Source of the DNA: an archaeon
Lineage (GTDB): Archaea > Iainarchaeota > Iainarchaeia > Iainarchaeales > 1-14-0-10-31-34
Direction: 5' to 3'
Assembly (NCBI GenBank): GCA_043815885.1
Contig: JBDRIL010000005.1
Span: 1-63,526, forward strand
Length of the DNA: 63,526 nucleotides
Position numbers and translations under genes: made by a program. The notes below the pieces were generated by a model. It worked only from the letters and a program-made list of their open reading frames with translations. It was not told where the DNA came from and did no database searches. Every line of letters starts with the position of its first letter. Positions within the stretch are counted from its first letter, which is position 1. Of the stretch, positions 18,512 to 27,447 are shown one piece after another.

Positions 18512-19036
18512 TTACTTCTTTTTTTCTTCCTTTTTTGTCTCGATAGTTTTTTTGCCTGCACTCCTTGCGTCTTTCTTGATTACTCCTATGACTCCGCCTT
18601 TTCCTCTGTGTGTTGATTTAGTCTTTTGGCCTCTCACAGTCAAACCCCATCCAAGTCTTAGTCCTCGGTAGCTCTTTATTTTGCTCAGTCTTTGTAAGTC
18701 CTTTCTTTTGTTAAAGTCTAGTTCTCCCATTATGTAATGTTTATCCTTTCCGCTTTCAAATTCCTTTCTTGTATTCAAGCACCAGGAAGGGATTTCATGC
18801 TTTTCTGGGTTTAATACAATGTCCTCAAGCTTTTTATCCATTTCTTCCGGTATTTCTCCCAGCCTTGCGTTTTCATCTGTTTTTGTTAGATTGAAGAAGG
18901 TTTTAGCCATTATATTTGCTGTCCTGTGGTTTATTCCTTTTAAAGCCATTAATGCTCTCCCCACACCCAGTTTTCCATCTAAGTCCTTTCCTGCGATCCT
19001 AACTATAAGCCTTTTTTCCGTCTCCATTTCAATCAC
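18512..19036 (-). CDS. rps13: Ribosomal protein uS13
   Basis: 174 aa. RIAGKDLDGKLGVGRALMALKGINHRTA...YRGLRLGWGLTVRGQKTKS. Confidence 0.9.
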   Translation of the reverse strand: MIEMETEKRLIVRIAGKDLDGKLGVGRALMALKGINHRTANIMAKTFFNLTKTDENARLGEIPEEMDKKLEDIVLNPEKHEIPSWCLNTRKEFESGKDKHYIMGELDFNKRKDLQRLSKIKSYRGLRLGWGLTVRGQKTKSTHRGKGGVIGVIKKDARSAGKKTIETKKEEKKK

Positions 19037-19263
19037 TTTCCTTCCTTCTTCAATAAATCAATGATTTTTTCTTCCTTCATTCCTTTTTTTATCTCTATTT
19101 TTTTTTCTGTTGGAAACAAGTGAACTATATTGCATTTCCTTTTCTTCACTCTCTCCCCCATTACAGTAGCAAAATTTTTTTCTGTCCCTATGACTACACA
19201 TTTCTTTCCCGCTTCTCTTCCCTTCTTTTTAATGCATATCCTTCCTGTTTCTATTACATCCAT
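19033..19263 (-). CDS. rpl14e: Ribosomal protein eL14
   Basis: 76 aa. KOW-like GRICIKKKGREAGKKCVVI. Lies in the conserved position near cmk and eL34. Confidence 0.8.
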   Translation of the reverse strand: MDVIETGRICIKKKGREAGKKCVVIGTEKNFATVMGERVKKRKCNIVHLFPTEKKIEIKKGMKEEKIIDLLKKEGK

Positions 19264-19270
19264 TTATTTA

Positions 19271-19756
19271 TCACTTCTTTATTTTTTCAATGTACTTTTT
19301 TATTATTTTTACTGCGCTCTCTCTGTCAAGCTTGTCTACATTCAGCACCAAATCATAGTCCTTTAAATCAAGCAGATTCACTCCATAGTATTTCAGATAA
19401 TCGTCCCTGATTTCTTTATCCATTGCCTCAATCCTTTCTATTGCTTGATCCATTTCTACTCCTTCTTTTTCAGAGATCCTTCTTGCCCTCATCTTCTTTC
19501 CTGAAAGCAGGAAAACCTTTGCTTCTGCATTCTCAAGCATTAATCCACTCAATACGTGCTCTATTATTGTTTCTTCTTTTTCTCCTTCCCTCATTATTTC
19601 TTCCTTCCTTTTCTCGCTTCTTTCCTCTTCACTCTCTCCACTGATTCTTTTCTCTATTTCTTCTTCTCCAATATACTTCATTCCTGTTTCCAGAGCAAGA
19701 AGTTTACTTAATTCCCTTGTTTCTGTTCCCTTGTATCCTCCAATCGTTACAATCAC
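19271..19756 (-). CDS. Archaeal cytidylate kinase-like protein with degenerate P-loop and E-rich insertion
   Basis: 161 aa. The syntenic position (eL34-cmk-eL14) and the C-terminal pattern DLKDYDLVLNVDKL fit archaeal Cmk. The N-terminus reads MIVTIGGYKGTETRE instead of GxxGxGK[ST]. Confidence 0.55.
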   Translation of the reverse strand: MIVTIGGYKGTETRELSKLLALETGMKYIGEEEIEKRISGESEEERSEKRKEEIMREGEKEETIIEHVLSGLMLENAEAKVFLLSGKKMRARRISEKEGVEMDQAIERIEAMDKEIRDDYLKYYGVNLLDLKDYDLVLNVDKLDRESAVKIIKKYIEKIKK

Positions 19757-19761
19757 TTTAG

Positions 19762-20100
19762 CTACAACCCCTTTTCAATTACTTCCACGTAATTCCTTAA
19801 AATCAATTCCACTTCTGTTAACTTCTTTATCTTCTGGTTTACCTTCGCTGCCTCTTCCATTGCATTTGTCCTGCATTGATTGCATAAAACCCCTGCAAAT
19901 AAAGCTGTAGGACGCCTCTCTGTTTTGCTCAGTCTCCTCACTTCACTTGGCTTTTTTCCGTGAGGAACTCCATGCAATTGCTTCCTGCATACCGCACAAT
20001 GATGTTTTCCACTCTTCTTTTCTTCCCTTCTCTCAACTGTTTTTCCTCCAGGAGTTCTCCTGAACTTTTTTTTCTTGTATCTTTCGCTTCTCTTTACCAT
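19762..20100 (-). CDS. rpl34e: Ribosomal protein eL34
   Basis: 112 aa. RRTPGGKTV...CAVCRKQLHGVP...CNQCR zinc motif. Confidence 0.85.
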   Translation of the reverse strand: MVKRSERYKKKKFRRTPGGKTVERREEKKSGKHHCAVCRKQLHGVPHGKKPSEVRRLSKTERRPTALFAGVLCNQCRTNAMEEAAKVNQKIKKLTEVELILRNYVEVIEKGL

Positions 20101-20107
20101 TTAAATA

Positions 20108-20575
20108 TCACTTTTTCCTTATCTTTTCCATTAATTTCATTCCACCATTCAATGCAAGGCTAGTAACCAATGCAATCAAAATATACCATACAAGATAAGG
20201 CGCAAAAGTCCAGTTTATTACTGGAATCGTAAAGCTTCCAACAGGAAAAGTCGCGCCCTGATACTGCCTTACAACAAGAAAGAATATTGATCCAAATATT
20301 GCAAGTGAAACCACCATATACTTCATGCTTTCACTCATCATCTTGCTTGTTGCCTGCATCATTTCCTGCTGTACTTCATTTAATTCATTTTTTGATTTCT
20401 CGTCTGTCTGCTTCATTAATTCCTTCATCCTTGCCTGTTTTTCCTTCATTTCCTGCTGCAGTTGTTTCTGTCTTTCCCTCGGCATTAATTTTTTCTGGAG
20501 CACGATTGAAATTAATGTAATCATTATAGCGATAAGCGCTATATCCATTGCCGGATTAATCAATCCAAAACTCAT
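20108..20575 (-). CDS. DUF106 / EMC3-TMCO1-like membrane protein (archaeal Oxa1-superfamily insertase candidate)
   Basis: 155 aa. TM1, then a coiled-coil rich in Q/K/E/M (RQKQLQQEMKEKQARMKELMKQ), then 2 TMs. Lies in the conserved position downstream of secY. Confidence 0.65.
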   Translation of the reverse strand: MSFGLINPAMDIALIAIMITLISIVLQKKLMPRERQKQLQQEMKEKQARMKELMKQTDEKSKNELNEVQQEMMQATSKMMSESMKYMVVSLAIFGSIFFLVVRQYQGATFPVGSFTIPVINWTFAPYLVWYILIALVTSLALNGGMKLMEKIRKK

Positions 20576-20580
20576 TTCAT

Positions 20581-21993
20581 TCAGCCTCCAAACAATCTCC
20601 TGATTAATGGATGTGTTTCCATTAACTGCTGTTTCGCTAATTCTTCATACAGCCTATAAACAATTCCCACTGTCAGCAATATTCCTGTTCCGCTTCCAAG
20701 TGCTCCTGTTAAGTCAGCAAATCCTGCCAGGAATCCAACAAACGCTGAACCAAGAATCGCTATCGGGGGAATATACCTGTCAAGAATTCCCCTGATTATC
20801 CTTGGGTCTCTCCTGAATCCAGGGATATACATTCCTGAACGGCTCAATTGATTTGATACTGCCTCAGGGCCCTGTCCTCCCATTTCAACCCAAAACTTTC
20901 CAAAAACAATACACACTGCAATCAAAATAACCAAGTAAATCATTGCATGAATTATTTGTCCTCCCAATGGAAGTGCTGCAACATCATTCCAGTACGTGAG
21001 GAACTGCAGTTGAGTAAAGTAATCAATCATTTGCCCAAAGATAGATAAAGAAAAACCTCTAATCAACAGTGTTTCAATAAGCCTGTACGGAACACTTGTA
21101 AAGCTTGCCAGTGCCTTGAAAAGATAACTCACTATAGGAATCTGTGCAGTAAAGCTGGCCCACAATTTTATGTTTGCAAACAACGCTACAGCAAGAATCA
21201 CTGGAATGTTTGAAACATACAATAACTTAACCGGAAACCTTCCTCCAGTGCCTCTTCTTCCCATTGTAATGGGAATATTTACATGCATTCCTTCAGCATA
21301 AACAACCACAAAGAAAACTATCAGGGTTGCAATAATTGGAAGCAGTAAAATAAACTGTATTCCTGTTGCAAATGATTCAATGAATCTAGGAATTATTCCA
21401 ATCCATCCAATGGTTGGAGAAAAACCAAGCAGCCCCCAGAAAATGGTTTGTGCTACTCCTCCTGCAATAAACAATCCAATCCCTGAACCTATTCCATACT
21501 TTGAAACCAATTCATCCATGTAAAGCAATAAAATTGAACCCAATGCTACCTGCATTACAACCCAAACAAACATTCCAGGCATTGGAGTCAGCATTCCCGA
21601 TACAACATAAACTATTGCCTCAAAAACACACAGAATTATTGCAAACAATTTCTGCAATCCGGTAAACCTTGCCTTGTCCCTCGGATTAGTTAAATCAATG
21701 TCAATCAGTTTTCCTCCAACAAGCAATTGAAGTATTATTGAAGCCAGAACGATTGGACCTATCCCCACAGTAATAATTGTTCCAATATTGCTTGCAAGAA
21801 TTACCTGTATGTTTTCCAGTGCTCCTGCTGCACTTGCCTCTAAACCAATTAACTCTATCTGTCCCATTACAAAGAATAACAATAGAATTATCCCTGACCA
21901 AAACAACTTCTTTTTTAGCGGAGGCTGTACTTCTGGAACCTTTATTTCCGGAAGCTTAGTGTAAACTGGTTCCAGTAAATCAAGTATGCTCAT
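20581..21993 (-). CDS. secY: Preprotein translocase subunit SecY
   Basis: 470 aa with 10 predicted TMs. ...GIGPIVLASIILQLL...GSGIGLFIAGGV...LLYVSNIPVILA. Confidence 0.95.
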   Translation of the reverse strand: MSILDLLEPVYTKLPEIKVPEVQPPLKKKLFWSGIILLLFFVMGQIELIGLEASAAGALENIQVILASNIGTIITVGIGPIVLASIILQLLVGGKLIDIDLTNPRDKARFTGLQKLFAIILCVFEAIVYVVSGMLTPMPGMFVWVVMQVALGSILLLYMDELVSKYGIGSGIGLFIAGGVAQTIFWGLLGFSPTIGWIGIIPRFIESFATGIQFILLLPIIATLIVFFVVVYAEGMHVNIPITMGRRGTGGRFPVKLLYVSNIPVILAVALFANIKLWASFTAQIPIVSYLFKALASFTSVPYRLIETLLIRGFSLSIFGQMIDYFTQLQFLTYWNDVAALPLGGQIIHAMIYLVILIAVCIVFGKFWVEMGGQGPEAVSNQLSRSGMYIPGFRRDPRIIRGILDRYIPPIAILGSAFVGFLAGFADLTGALGSGTGILLTVGIVYRLYEELAKQQLMETHPLIRRLFGG

Positions 21994-22403
21994 TCTATTT
22001 TTCCTCCTTTTTCCTCTATTTCTTTTCTTGCCTTCTTACTTGCCTTTATTCCTTTCAACTCAATAGCGAAATCTATTTTTCCTCTCCCAAGTACTTTGCT
22101 GAATCCAGCATTCTTTCCTTCTATTATTATTTTTTCTCCCTCTTTTACTGCCTGCTTTTTCTCTAACAGTAAAGGAATTAATCCGTTTAACTCATTTAAA
22201 TTTATGGCTTCTTCTCTTTCCTTTGCCTTTAACCTCTTCTTGATTCCAAATTCCATCCAGTACTTTGAATAAGTGTGCTTATGGCTTCCTGCCTTCCCTC
22301 TTCCTCCCCTGCATCCAGCCCCTCTTCTATTCTTGGTGTTCCCCTTTCCATGGCTTCTATTTCCCCTTAACTTATTTGTTTTCTTTCTTCTTCTTTCAGG
22401 CAC
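21990..22403 (-). CDS. rpl15: Ribosomal protein uL15
   Basis: 137 aa. KLRGNRSHGKGNTKNRRGAGCRGGRGKAGSHKH. Confidence 0.85.
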   Translation of the reverse strand: MPERRRKKTNKLRGNRSHGKGNTKNRRGAGCRGGRGKAGSHKHTYSKYWMEFGIKKRLKAKEREEAINLNELNGLIPLLLEKKQAVKEGEKIIIEGKNAGFSKVLGRGKIDFAIELKGIKASKKARKEIEEKGGKIE

Positions 22404-22865
22404 TTAAATCATCCTCAGAATCAATTCATTTATTTTTTCTCCCCTGTATCCCAAAACTCCTCCAATTGAGTATGGTTTCTTTATTCCCCTTCTTTCAAAA
22501 CCTTTCTTTGGCGGATGCAATCTAAAAACCTTCTTTATTCCTATTTCCTCCAGCACTTTCTTTCCTTCCATTAATGCCTTTGCTACTTCCTTGAATGACT
22601 TGTACTTTGATTTCTTCAATTGTTCTGCAGTAACCCTTTTATCCCCAGTCATTCTTCCCCTCTTTTCCAATAGCTTTTCCACTGTTTCTTCTTTTATTTC
22701 TCCATACGTTACGTAATCCCTTGCCTTTTCCACCATTCCCTTGATTTCCTTTTTTTCAGGAAACAAAACTAAATGGTTTACTCTAGTCAGATTCAGCATA
22801 TTCATACAGTCAAGTACTTCCTTTCTAACTCCAATGCTTCCCCTAATCCTGATTATTGCAAGCAT
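22404..22865 (-). CDS. rpl30: Ribosomal protein uL30
   Basis: 153 aa. MLAIIRIRGSIGVRKEVLDCMNMLNLTRVNH. Confidence 0.85.
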   Translation of the reverse strand: MLAIIRIRGSIGVRKEVLDCMNMLNLTRVNHLVLFPEKKEIKGMVEKARDYVTYGEIKEETVEKLLEKRGRMTGDKRVTAEQLKKSKYKSFKEVAKALMEGKKVLEEIGIKKVFRLHPPKKGFERRGIKKPYSIGGVLGYRGEKINELILRMI

Positions 22866-23558
22866 TCAGTATCCCTTTCCGTCAGCTTCCTCGCATTTCT
22901 TCATTATCTCTTCAGAGATCTTTGTACTAGTTGTTTTGGACAAGGCATCAATTGTTGCCTTAATGAAATTTAATTTCGTGTCTGTCGCGCCACTTGTCTT
23001 ACTCCAGACATCCTTTATTCCAACGAACTCCAATACCTCTCTTATATTTTTTCCCACAACCAATCCAGTTCCTTTTGGTGCAGGCATCAGGGTTACCTTT
23101 ACTGAAGCACTCTTTCCCTCCACCTTGAATGGAATTGAATGCCTTTCCTTGCAGGTGCACTCCCAACTACCACAACCTTTCCTTACTTTAATCAGATTCA
23201 TTTTTGCTTTATTTGTTGCCTTTCTCACTGCAGGCCATTTCTCTTTGTCCTTTGACATGCCAATTCCTAAGTATTCTTTTCCGTCTCCAACCAATACAGA
23301 CACCCTGAAGGAAAACATTCTTCCCGCTCTCCTTACCTTTGTCGTCTTCTTGAAGTCAACAACTTTTTCCTGCAGTTCACTAAACAAGTAATCAATTATC
23401 TGTGGTTCAGTAACCGGCAGATTCATTGAAAGCAGTTTTCCGTAGGAATCAATTTCTCCTCTCTGAATCATTCTTCCTACTTCTGTTTTCGGAATCCATT
23501 CCTCTTTCGCCTCTTCCTTTCTTCTTTCTTTTTTTATTTCTTCTCTATCTTTATTCAT
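22866..23558 (-). CDS. rps5: Ribosomal protein uS5
   Basis: 230 aa. VRRAGRMFSFRVSVLVGDGKEYLGIGMSK...APKGTGLVVG. Confidence 0.9.
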   Translation of the reverse strand: MNKDREEIKKERRKEEAKEEWIPKTEVGRMIQRGEIDSYGKLLSMNLPVTEPQIIDYLFSELQEKVVDFKKTTKVRRAGRMFSFRVSVLVGDGKEYLGIGMSKDKEKWPAVRKATNKAKMNLIKVRKGCGSWECTCKERHSIPFKVEGKSASVKVTLMPAPKGTGLVVGKNIREVLEFVGIKDVWSKTSGATDTKLNFIKATIDALSKTTSTKISEEIMKKCEEADGKGY

Positions 23559-24139
23559 TTTCTTTCACCAATTGCTTTTACTTTCTTCAGGGTTTCCTCA
23601 AAATGCTCTGCAATCTTTCCTTCAATCCCTTCCTTTACATAAGCCGGAAACCTCTTCTTCTTTTCTTCCTCGCTCAATGAAGAAAGATATTTCTGGATTT
23701 CCTTTCCACTGACTCTTTCCTGGGAAGGAAACGCTTTTTCATCAAACGGAATGCTTATCCCTGCATCAACCACCCCTTTCAATACAGCAAAAACCACTGA
23801 ACCATGCACTGGAGTCAGCCTTCCAATATCCAGTACTGCTTCACTTACATTTTTTTTCTTTGCCCTTAATCCGCACAACATTCCTGTAAGATATGCTGCA
23901 GGAATGTTTCCCTTGTGCATTTTCCATCCAAGCTTCTTCAGTTCCTTTGAATGCCCGCTCACCAAAACCTTGTCTCCTGAAGAAGAGTATTCAATTATCT
24001 GTGTTAAAACATTGTTGTTTGATTTCCTTACAACCAATCTAGGTTTCTTTGATTTAAGTAATCCGAGTCTTTTGCTGTAGTCAGTCTTTCCTTTCATTCT
24101 CCTCTTGAACTTCATCTTAAATGTACTGGTCTTACTCAT
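23555..24139 (-). CDS. rpl18: Ribosomal protein uL18
   Basis: 194 aa. RRMKGKTDYSKRLGLLKSKKPRLVVRKSNNNVLTQII. Confidence 0.85.
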   Translation of the reverse strand: MSKTSTFKMKFKRRMKGKTDYSKRLGLLKSKKPRLVVRKSNNNVLTQIIEYSSSGDKVLVSGHSKELKKLGWKMHKGNIPAAYLTGMLCGLRAKKKNVSEAVLDIGRLTPVHGSVVFAVLKGVVDAGISIPFDEKAFPSQERVSGKEIQKYLSSLSEEEKKKRFPAYVKEGIEGKIAEHFEETLKKVKAIGERK

Positions 24140-24579
24140 TTCTTTGCACCTTTCGCCATTTCTTCAACGTATTTTTTTCCCTTGAAGTAATTTCCTTTAA
24201 TCATTTTATAGATTTTTCCATACATTCCTTTTCCCTTCACTAATTTCTTTTCCTTTAATTCCTTCAATGTTCTTCTCTGGCTTCTGACTTTTTTAATCCA
24301 TTCCATTTTTTTCTTGGCTCTTGCCTTCCCAGAGCCCTTCCTCTTTCCATAGCCTCTTTTTCTTCCCTTCCTCTTTTTTTCCTTTAACTTTCTTGCCCTG
24401 CTTCTGCTGTGTTCTGCTTTCTTTCTCTTCTTGATTATTCCTTCCTTGATTAAGTTCCTTACATCATCCTTTGTAATGCTTTCCTTTATTCTGGGGGTTT
24501 TGTCTGGATCCATCCATACCCTGCTTTCTCCTACCTTGAGAATTCCTGCTGCAATCTTTTTTATTTTATTCAACTGCAC
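24136..24579 (-). CDS. rpl19e: Ribosomal protein eL19
   Basis: 147 aa. KKIAAGILKVGESRVWMDPDK...RKGRKRGYGKRKG. Confidence 0.85.
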   Translation of the reverse strand: MQLNKIKKIAAGILKVGESRVWMDPDKTPRIKESITKDDVRNLIKEGIIKKRKKAEHSRSRARKLKEKKRKGRKRGYGKRKGSGKARAKKKMEWIKKVRSQRRTLKELKEKKLVKGKGMYGKIYKMIKGNYFKGKKYVEEMAKGAKK

Positions 24580-24594
24580 TTTTTTTTCCTCTCC

Positions 24595-25122
24595 TTAATT
24601 CAATACCCTTAACCCCATTTCTTTTGCTTTTCTGACCATTATTTTTTTATTCTTTTTTCCCACTTTTCCGCCAATCCTTACAACAAAGCCTTTCTTCACT
24701 TCCGCCAATTCCTTTACATTCTGTACCCTTACTTCATTCATTCCGCTTGGATGAACAAACCTTATCTTCTTTCTCGTCCTATACCCGCTTTTTGGAATGG
24801 CTCCGTCCTCTTTTTTTCTCTTTATATCTATCCCTCTTGGTTTTCTCCACTTATTCCATTTCTCTTTCTTCTTCCTTCTAAGCCACTTCTTTCCAAACCT
24901 TCCCCTAAAGGAAGGCTTCTTCTTCTCTTTAATCATTTCCTGAGCCAAAACAGCTTCCTTGTTTTTTTCAATTCTCTTTGCCTTTGGTTTCTTTTTCTCC
25001 TTCTTTTCTTCTTTTGCGCCACTGCTTTTTTCAATGGCTTCAGCTTTTGCGCCACTGCTTTTTTTAAAAGCGGTGTTTTCCTTTACAGTAGTTTTCTTCT
25101 CTGTTTTGTCCTTTTCCTTCAT
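24595..25122 (-). CDS. rpl32e: Ribosomal protein eL32 with ~60-aa N-terminal extension
   Basis: 175 aa. The core is WRKPRGIDIKRKK...PKSGYRTRKKIRFVHPSG. The extension is VKENTAFKKSSGAKAEAIEKSSGAKEEKK. Confidence 0.85.
   Translation of the reverse strand: MKEKDKTEKKTTVKENTAFKKSSGAKAEAIEKSSGAKEEKKEKKKPKAKRIEKNKEAVLAQEMIKEKKKPSFRGRFGKKWLRRKKKEKWNKWRKPRGIDIKRKKEDGAIPKSGYRTRKKIRFVHPSGMNEVRVQNVKELAEVKKGFVVRIGGKVGKKNKKIMVRKAKEMGLRVLN
25012..25080 (-). repeat. In-frame palindromic-core repeat, duplicated-core copy, in the eL32 N-terminal extension
   Basis: The plus strand reads cttttgcgccactgcttttttcaatggcttcagcttttgcgccactgctttttttaaaagcggtgttttc. Its reverse complement matches 63325-63392 with only ~3 mismatches, aligned by eye. 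Confidence 0.85.
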
Positions 25123-25658
25123 TCTTTCACCATTTTACTCACACGGTATATTCCGTCCTGAAATACTCTTCTGTCTTTTCCCTTTACTTTTGTTGAGGTC
25201 TCTATGTTTGCAGCTGTTTGTCCTACCTCTTCTTTTATTCTTCCTCTTACATAGACTTCCTTTCCTTTTACTTCAACAGTACTCTTTCCAACTATTGTTG
25301 CCTTCCTTGGATTCTTTTCTCCTGCAAAGTTATTTATTTCAAGAAATCCTTCTTTCACTGCCAAATTTATTGGAAAGTGTGAATAAACAACCATTAACTT
25401 GTACTCGAATCCATTCTTTAATCCTGTAATTAAATTCATTACATGACTCCGGACCGCATTCATTACTGATTTAGTTTTTCGGGAATATTTCTTCGTATTT
25501 AGAATCAGGTTTCCGTCTTTTTTTTCAAACCTAATTTCCCTTGCCTTGAATTCCCTCTCTGTTTCTTCCTTTCCATTGCTGAACTTGACTCTGCTTCCTT
25601 CTACACTGAATTCAATTCCCTCAGGGATTTCAATAATGATGCTTTCTTCTTTCTTCAT
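25119..25658 (-). CDS. rpl6: Ribosomal protein uL6
   Basis: The track ORF (to 25847) overlaps uS8. The ATG at 25658 (MKKEESIIIEIPEGIEFSVEG...) gives a 179-aa uL6 of normal length, 9 nt after the uS8 stop. Confidence 0.85.
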   Translation of the reverse strand: MKKEESIIIEIPEGIEFSVEGSRVKFSNGKEETEREFKAREIRFEKKDGNLILNTKKYSRKTKSVMNAVRSHVMNLITGLKNGFEYKLMVVYSHFPINLAVKEGFLEINNFAGEKNPRKATIVGKSTVEVKGKEVYVRGRIKEEVGQTAANIETSTKVKGKDRRVFQDGIYRVSKMVKE

Positions 25659-25666
25659 TTTTTCAC

Positions 25667-26059
25667 CTAATAAACGTAAGCCAACAACCTTCCGCCCAAA
25701 CCATCCTTCTTTGCTTCCCTGTGGCTCTTGATTCCTTTTGGGGTTGAAACAATCAATATCCCTATGTCTCTTGAGGGGAGATACCTCTTCTCGTATTTCT
25801 CGAAGTCCTTTTTCTTTACTGCATGCCTTGGCTTGATTGAATTGCATTCATTTATTTTTCCATCCAGCTTTACCTTGAATATTCCATTCCTTCCATCATT
25901 GATGTGCTCGTGTGAAACAATGTAGCCGTTTTCCTGCATTACCCTAAGTATTTCCCCCATAAGCTTTGGGGCTGGCTTAAAAGTACATTCCTTCTTTGAA
26001 GCCATTTCATGGTTTTTTATGTTTGCCAGCGCATCTGAAACCGGATCAACTAAACTCAT
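25667..26059 (-). CDS. rps8: Ribosomal protein uS8
   Basis: 130 aa. [14 protein letters not shown]...[10 protein letters not shown]...GGRLLAYVY. Confidence 0.9.
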   Translation of the reverse strand: MSLVDPVSDALANIKNHEMASKKECTFKPAPKLMGEILRVMQENGYIVSHEHINDGRNGIFKVKLDGKINECNSIKPRHAVKKKDFEKYEKRYLPSRDIGILIVSTPKGIKSHREAKKDGLGGRLLAYVY

Positions 26060-26072
26060 TCATAACACTTCC

Positions 26073-26207
26073 TTAATTGTATTTCTTGAACCCGATCTTT
26101 GGGGCAATTTCCTTAAAGCATCTCCTGCAAATATTCATTCTGTATTTTCTGATTAATCCGCTGCTTGCCTTACAGACAATGCACACATCCTTTCTTCTGT
26201 CTCTCAT
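26073..26207 (-). CDS. rps14: Ribosomal protein uS14 (short zinc-binding type)
   Basis: Not in the track (44 aa). Hand translation gives MRDRRKDVCIVCKASSGLIRKYRMNICRRCFKEIAPKIGFKKYN*, with CxxC...CxxC. The start overlaps the uL5 stop as ATGA. Confidence 0.8.
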   Translation of the reverse strand: MRDRRKDVCIVCKASSGLIRKYRMNICRRCFKEIAPKIGFKKYN

Positions 26208-26719
26208 GATACTTCTACTCCAAATTCTTTCTTTATAAACTCTATTGCTTCTTCCTTTGTCACCCTATGCTTTTTGCCGACCTTTTTTTGTCTTTCCTTT
26301 CTCCTCTTCAATCTGTATCCTTTTCTCTCCAAACTCACTAATACATCAAAACCCCTTATCCCCAGCTTTGCGTCATACTTTACTCCAGGCAAATCAATGT
26401 ATTCCTTTATCCCAAAGCCAAAGTTTCCATTGTTATCAAAATTCTTATGGCTCAGACTATTGTCTTTTGCACTTAAAGCTCTCTTCAATACCTCTACAGC
26501 CTTATCTTTTCTCAGAGTAACCTTTGCTCCAATAGTTAGACCTTCCCTTATACCCCAGGTGGGGGCCCTCACTTTACATTTTGTTTGGATTGTCTTCCTT
26601 TCAGTGATCTTTTCAAGTATCAGTTGAGCGTTATTTAATTCCTCTCCAGTCTGTCCCACACCCATGTTTAGAACAAGCTTCTCTATTCTTATCTTTCTCA
26701 TGGGGTTTTCGTCATTCAT
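26204..26719 (-). CDS. rpl5: Ribosomal protein uL5
   Basis: 171 aa. NPMRKIRIEKLVLNMGVG...FGFGIKEYIDLPG. Confidence 0.9.
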   Translation of the reverse strand: MNDENPMRKIRIEKLVLNMGVGQTGEELNNAQLILEKITERKTIQTKCKVRAPTWGIREGLTIGAKVTLRKDKAVEVLKRALSAKDNSLSHKNFDNNGNFGFGIKEYIDLPGVKYDAKLGIRGFDVLVSLERKGYRLKRRKERQKKVGKKHRVTKEEAIEFIKKEFGVEVS

Positions 26720-27447
26720 TCTTTCTCTTCACCTATCCCTATTTCCGATTTTTTTTCTCCCATAACAAAGACATTCCTTGCAGTTGTCTTGAATTTCTTT
26801 TTCTTCAATTCAAGCTCCACTAATTTTTCTCGCGTGATTGTTCCTTCACTTATTTCAGTTATTTTGGCAATACTTCCTACATGGGTTCCCCCAGAAATAA
26901 ATGCAAGATTTCCTTTCTTCAAAGAAATTGCTGAGAGAATCTTTCCTGAAGGCAATTCAATCTTTATTGTGTCTCCAACCTTGATCTCAATTTTTTCTTC
27001 CAGGAAACTTCTTCCATCATTGGTACTTAACTGCTGCCTGCCTTTCTTTATTTTTCTTTTCCCAGTCACCTTGCACAATTTTGTTAGGGGCCCTTTCTTT
27101 TTGAGTTCATCCACCTTCAGCCTTCCCTTCTCGTCAAATAAAAGCACAAAATGCTTTTTCATTTCTTTAATACTAATTAAATCAAACATTCCTACAGGAA
27201 ACCTTATTTCCTTTCTTACCCTGCCATCAACCATGACCTTTCCATCCCTTATTATTCTTTTGGCTTCCCTTAAATTGCTTGCATAACCCAATAAATCTCT
27301 TAAAACAAATCCTAATGGGATGGAGTATCCTTTGCTGTGCGGCCCAGGCAAACATTTTATTGTAAATGTTTTTTCTTTCCTGTTTAATCTTCTGGTCTTA
27401 CTTGAAGCAATCCTTTTCTCGCTCTTCTTTCCTCCTTTCTTGCCCAT
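26716..27447 (-). CDS. rps4e: Ribosomal protein eS4
   Basis: 243 aa. LPGPHSKGYSIPLGFVLRDLLGYA...REAKRIIRDGKVMVDGRVRK. Confidence 0.9.
   Translation of the reverse strand: MGKKGGKKSEKRIASSKTRRLNRKEKTFTIKCLPGPHSKGYSIPLGFVLRDLLGYASNLREAKRIIRDGKVMVDGRVRKEIRFPVGMFDLISIKEMKKHFVLLFDEKGRLKVDELKKKGPLTKLCKVTGKRKIKKGRQQLSTNDGRSFLEEKIEIKVGDTIKIELPSGKILSAISLKKGNLAFISGGTHVGSIAKITEISEGTITREKLVELELKKKKFKTTARNVFVMGEKKSEIGIGEEKE

Noticed and set aside
25659-25847. N-terminal 63 codons of the track ORF 25119-25847 (uL6).
   Set aside because: This part overlaps the 3' end of uS8 in another frame and has no uL6 similarity. The ATG at 25658 gives a normal-length uL6 right after the uS8 stop.
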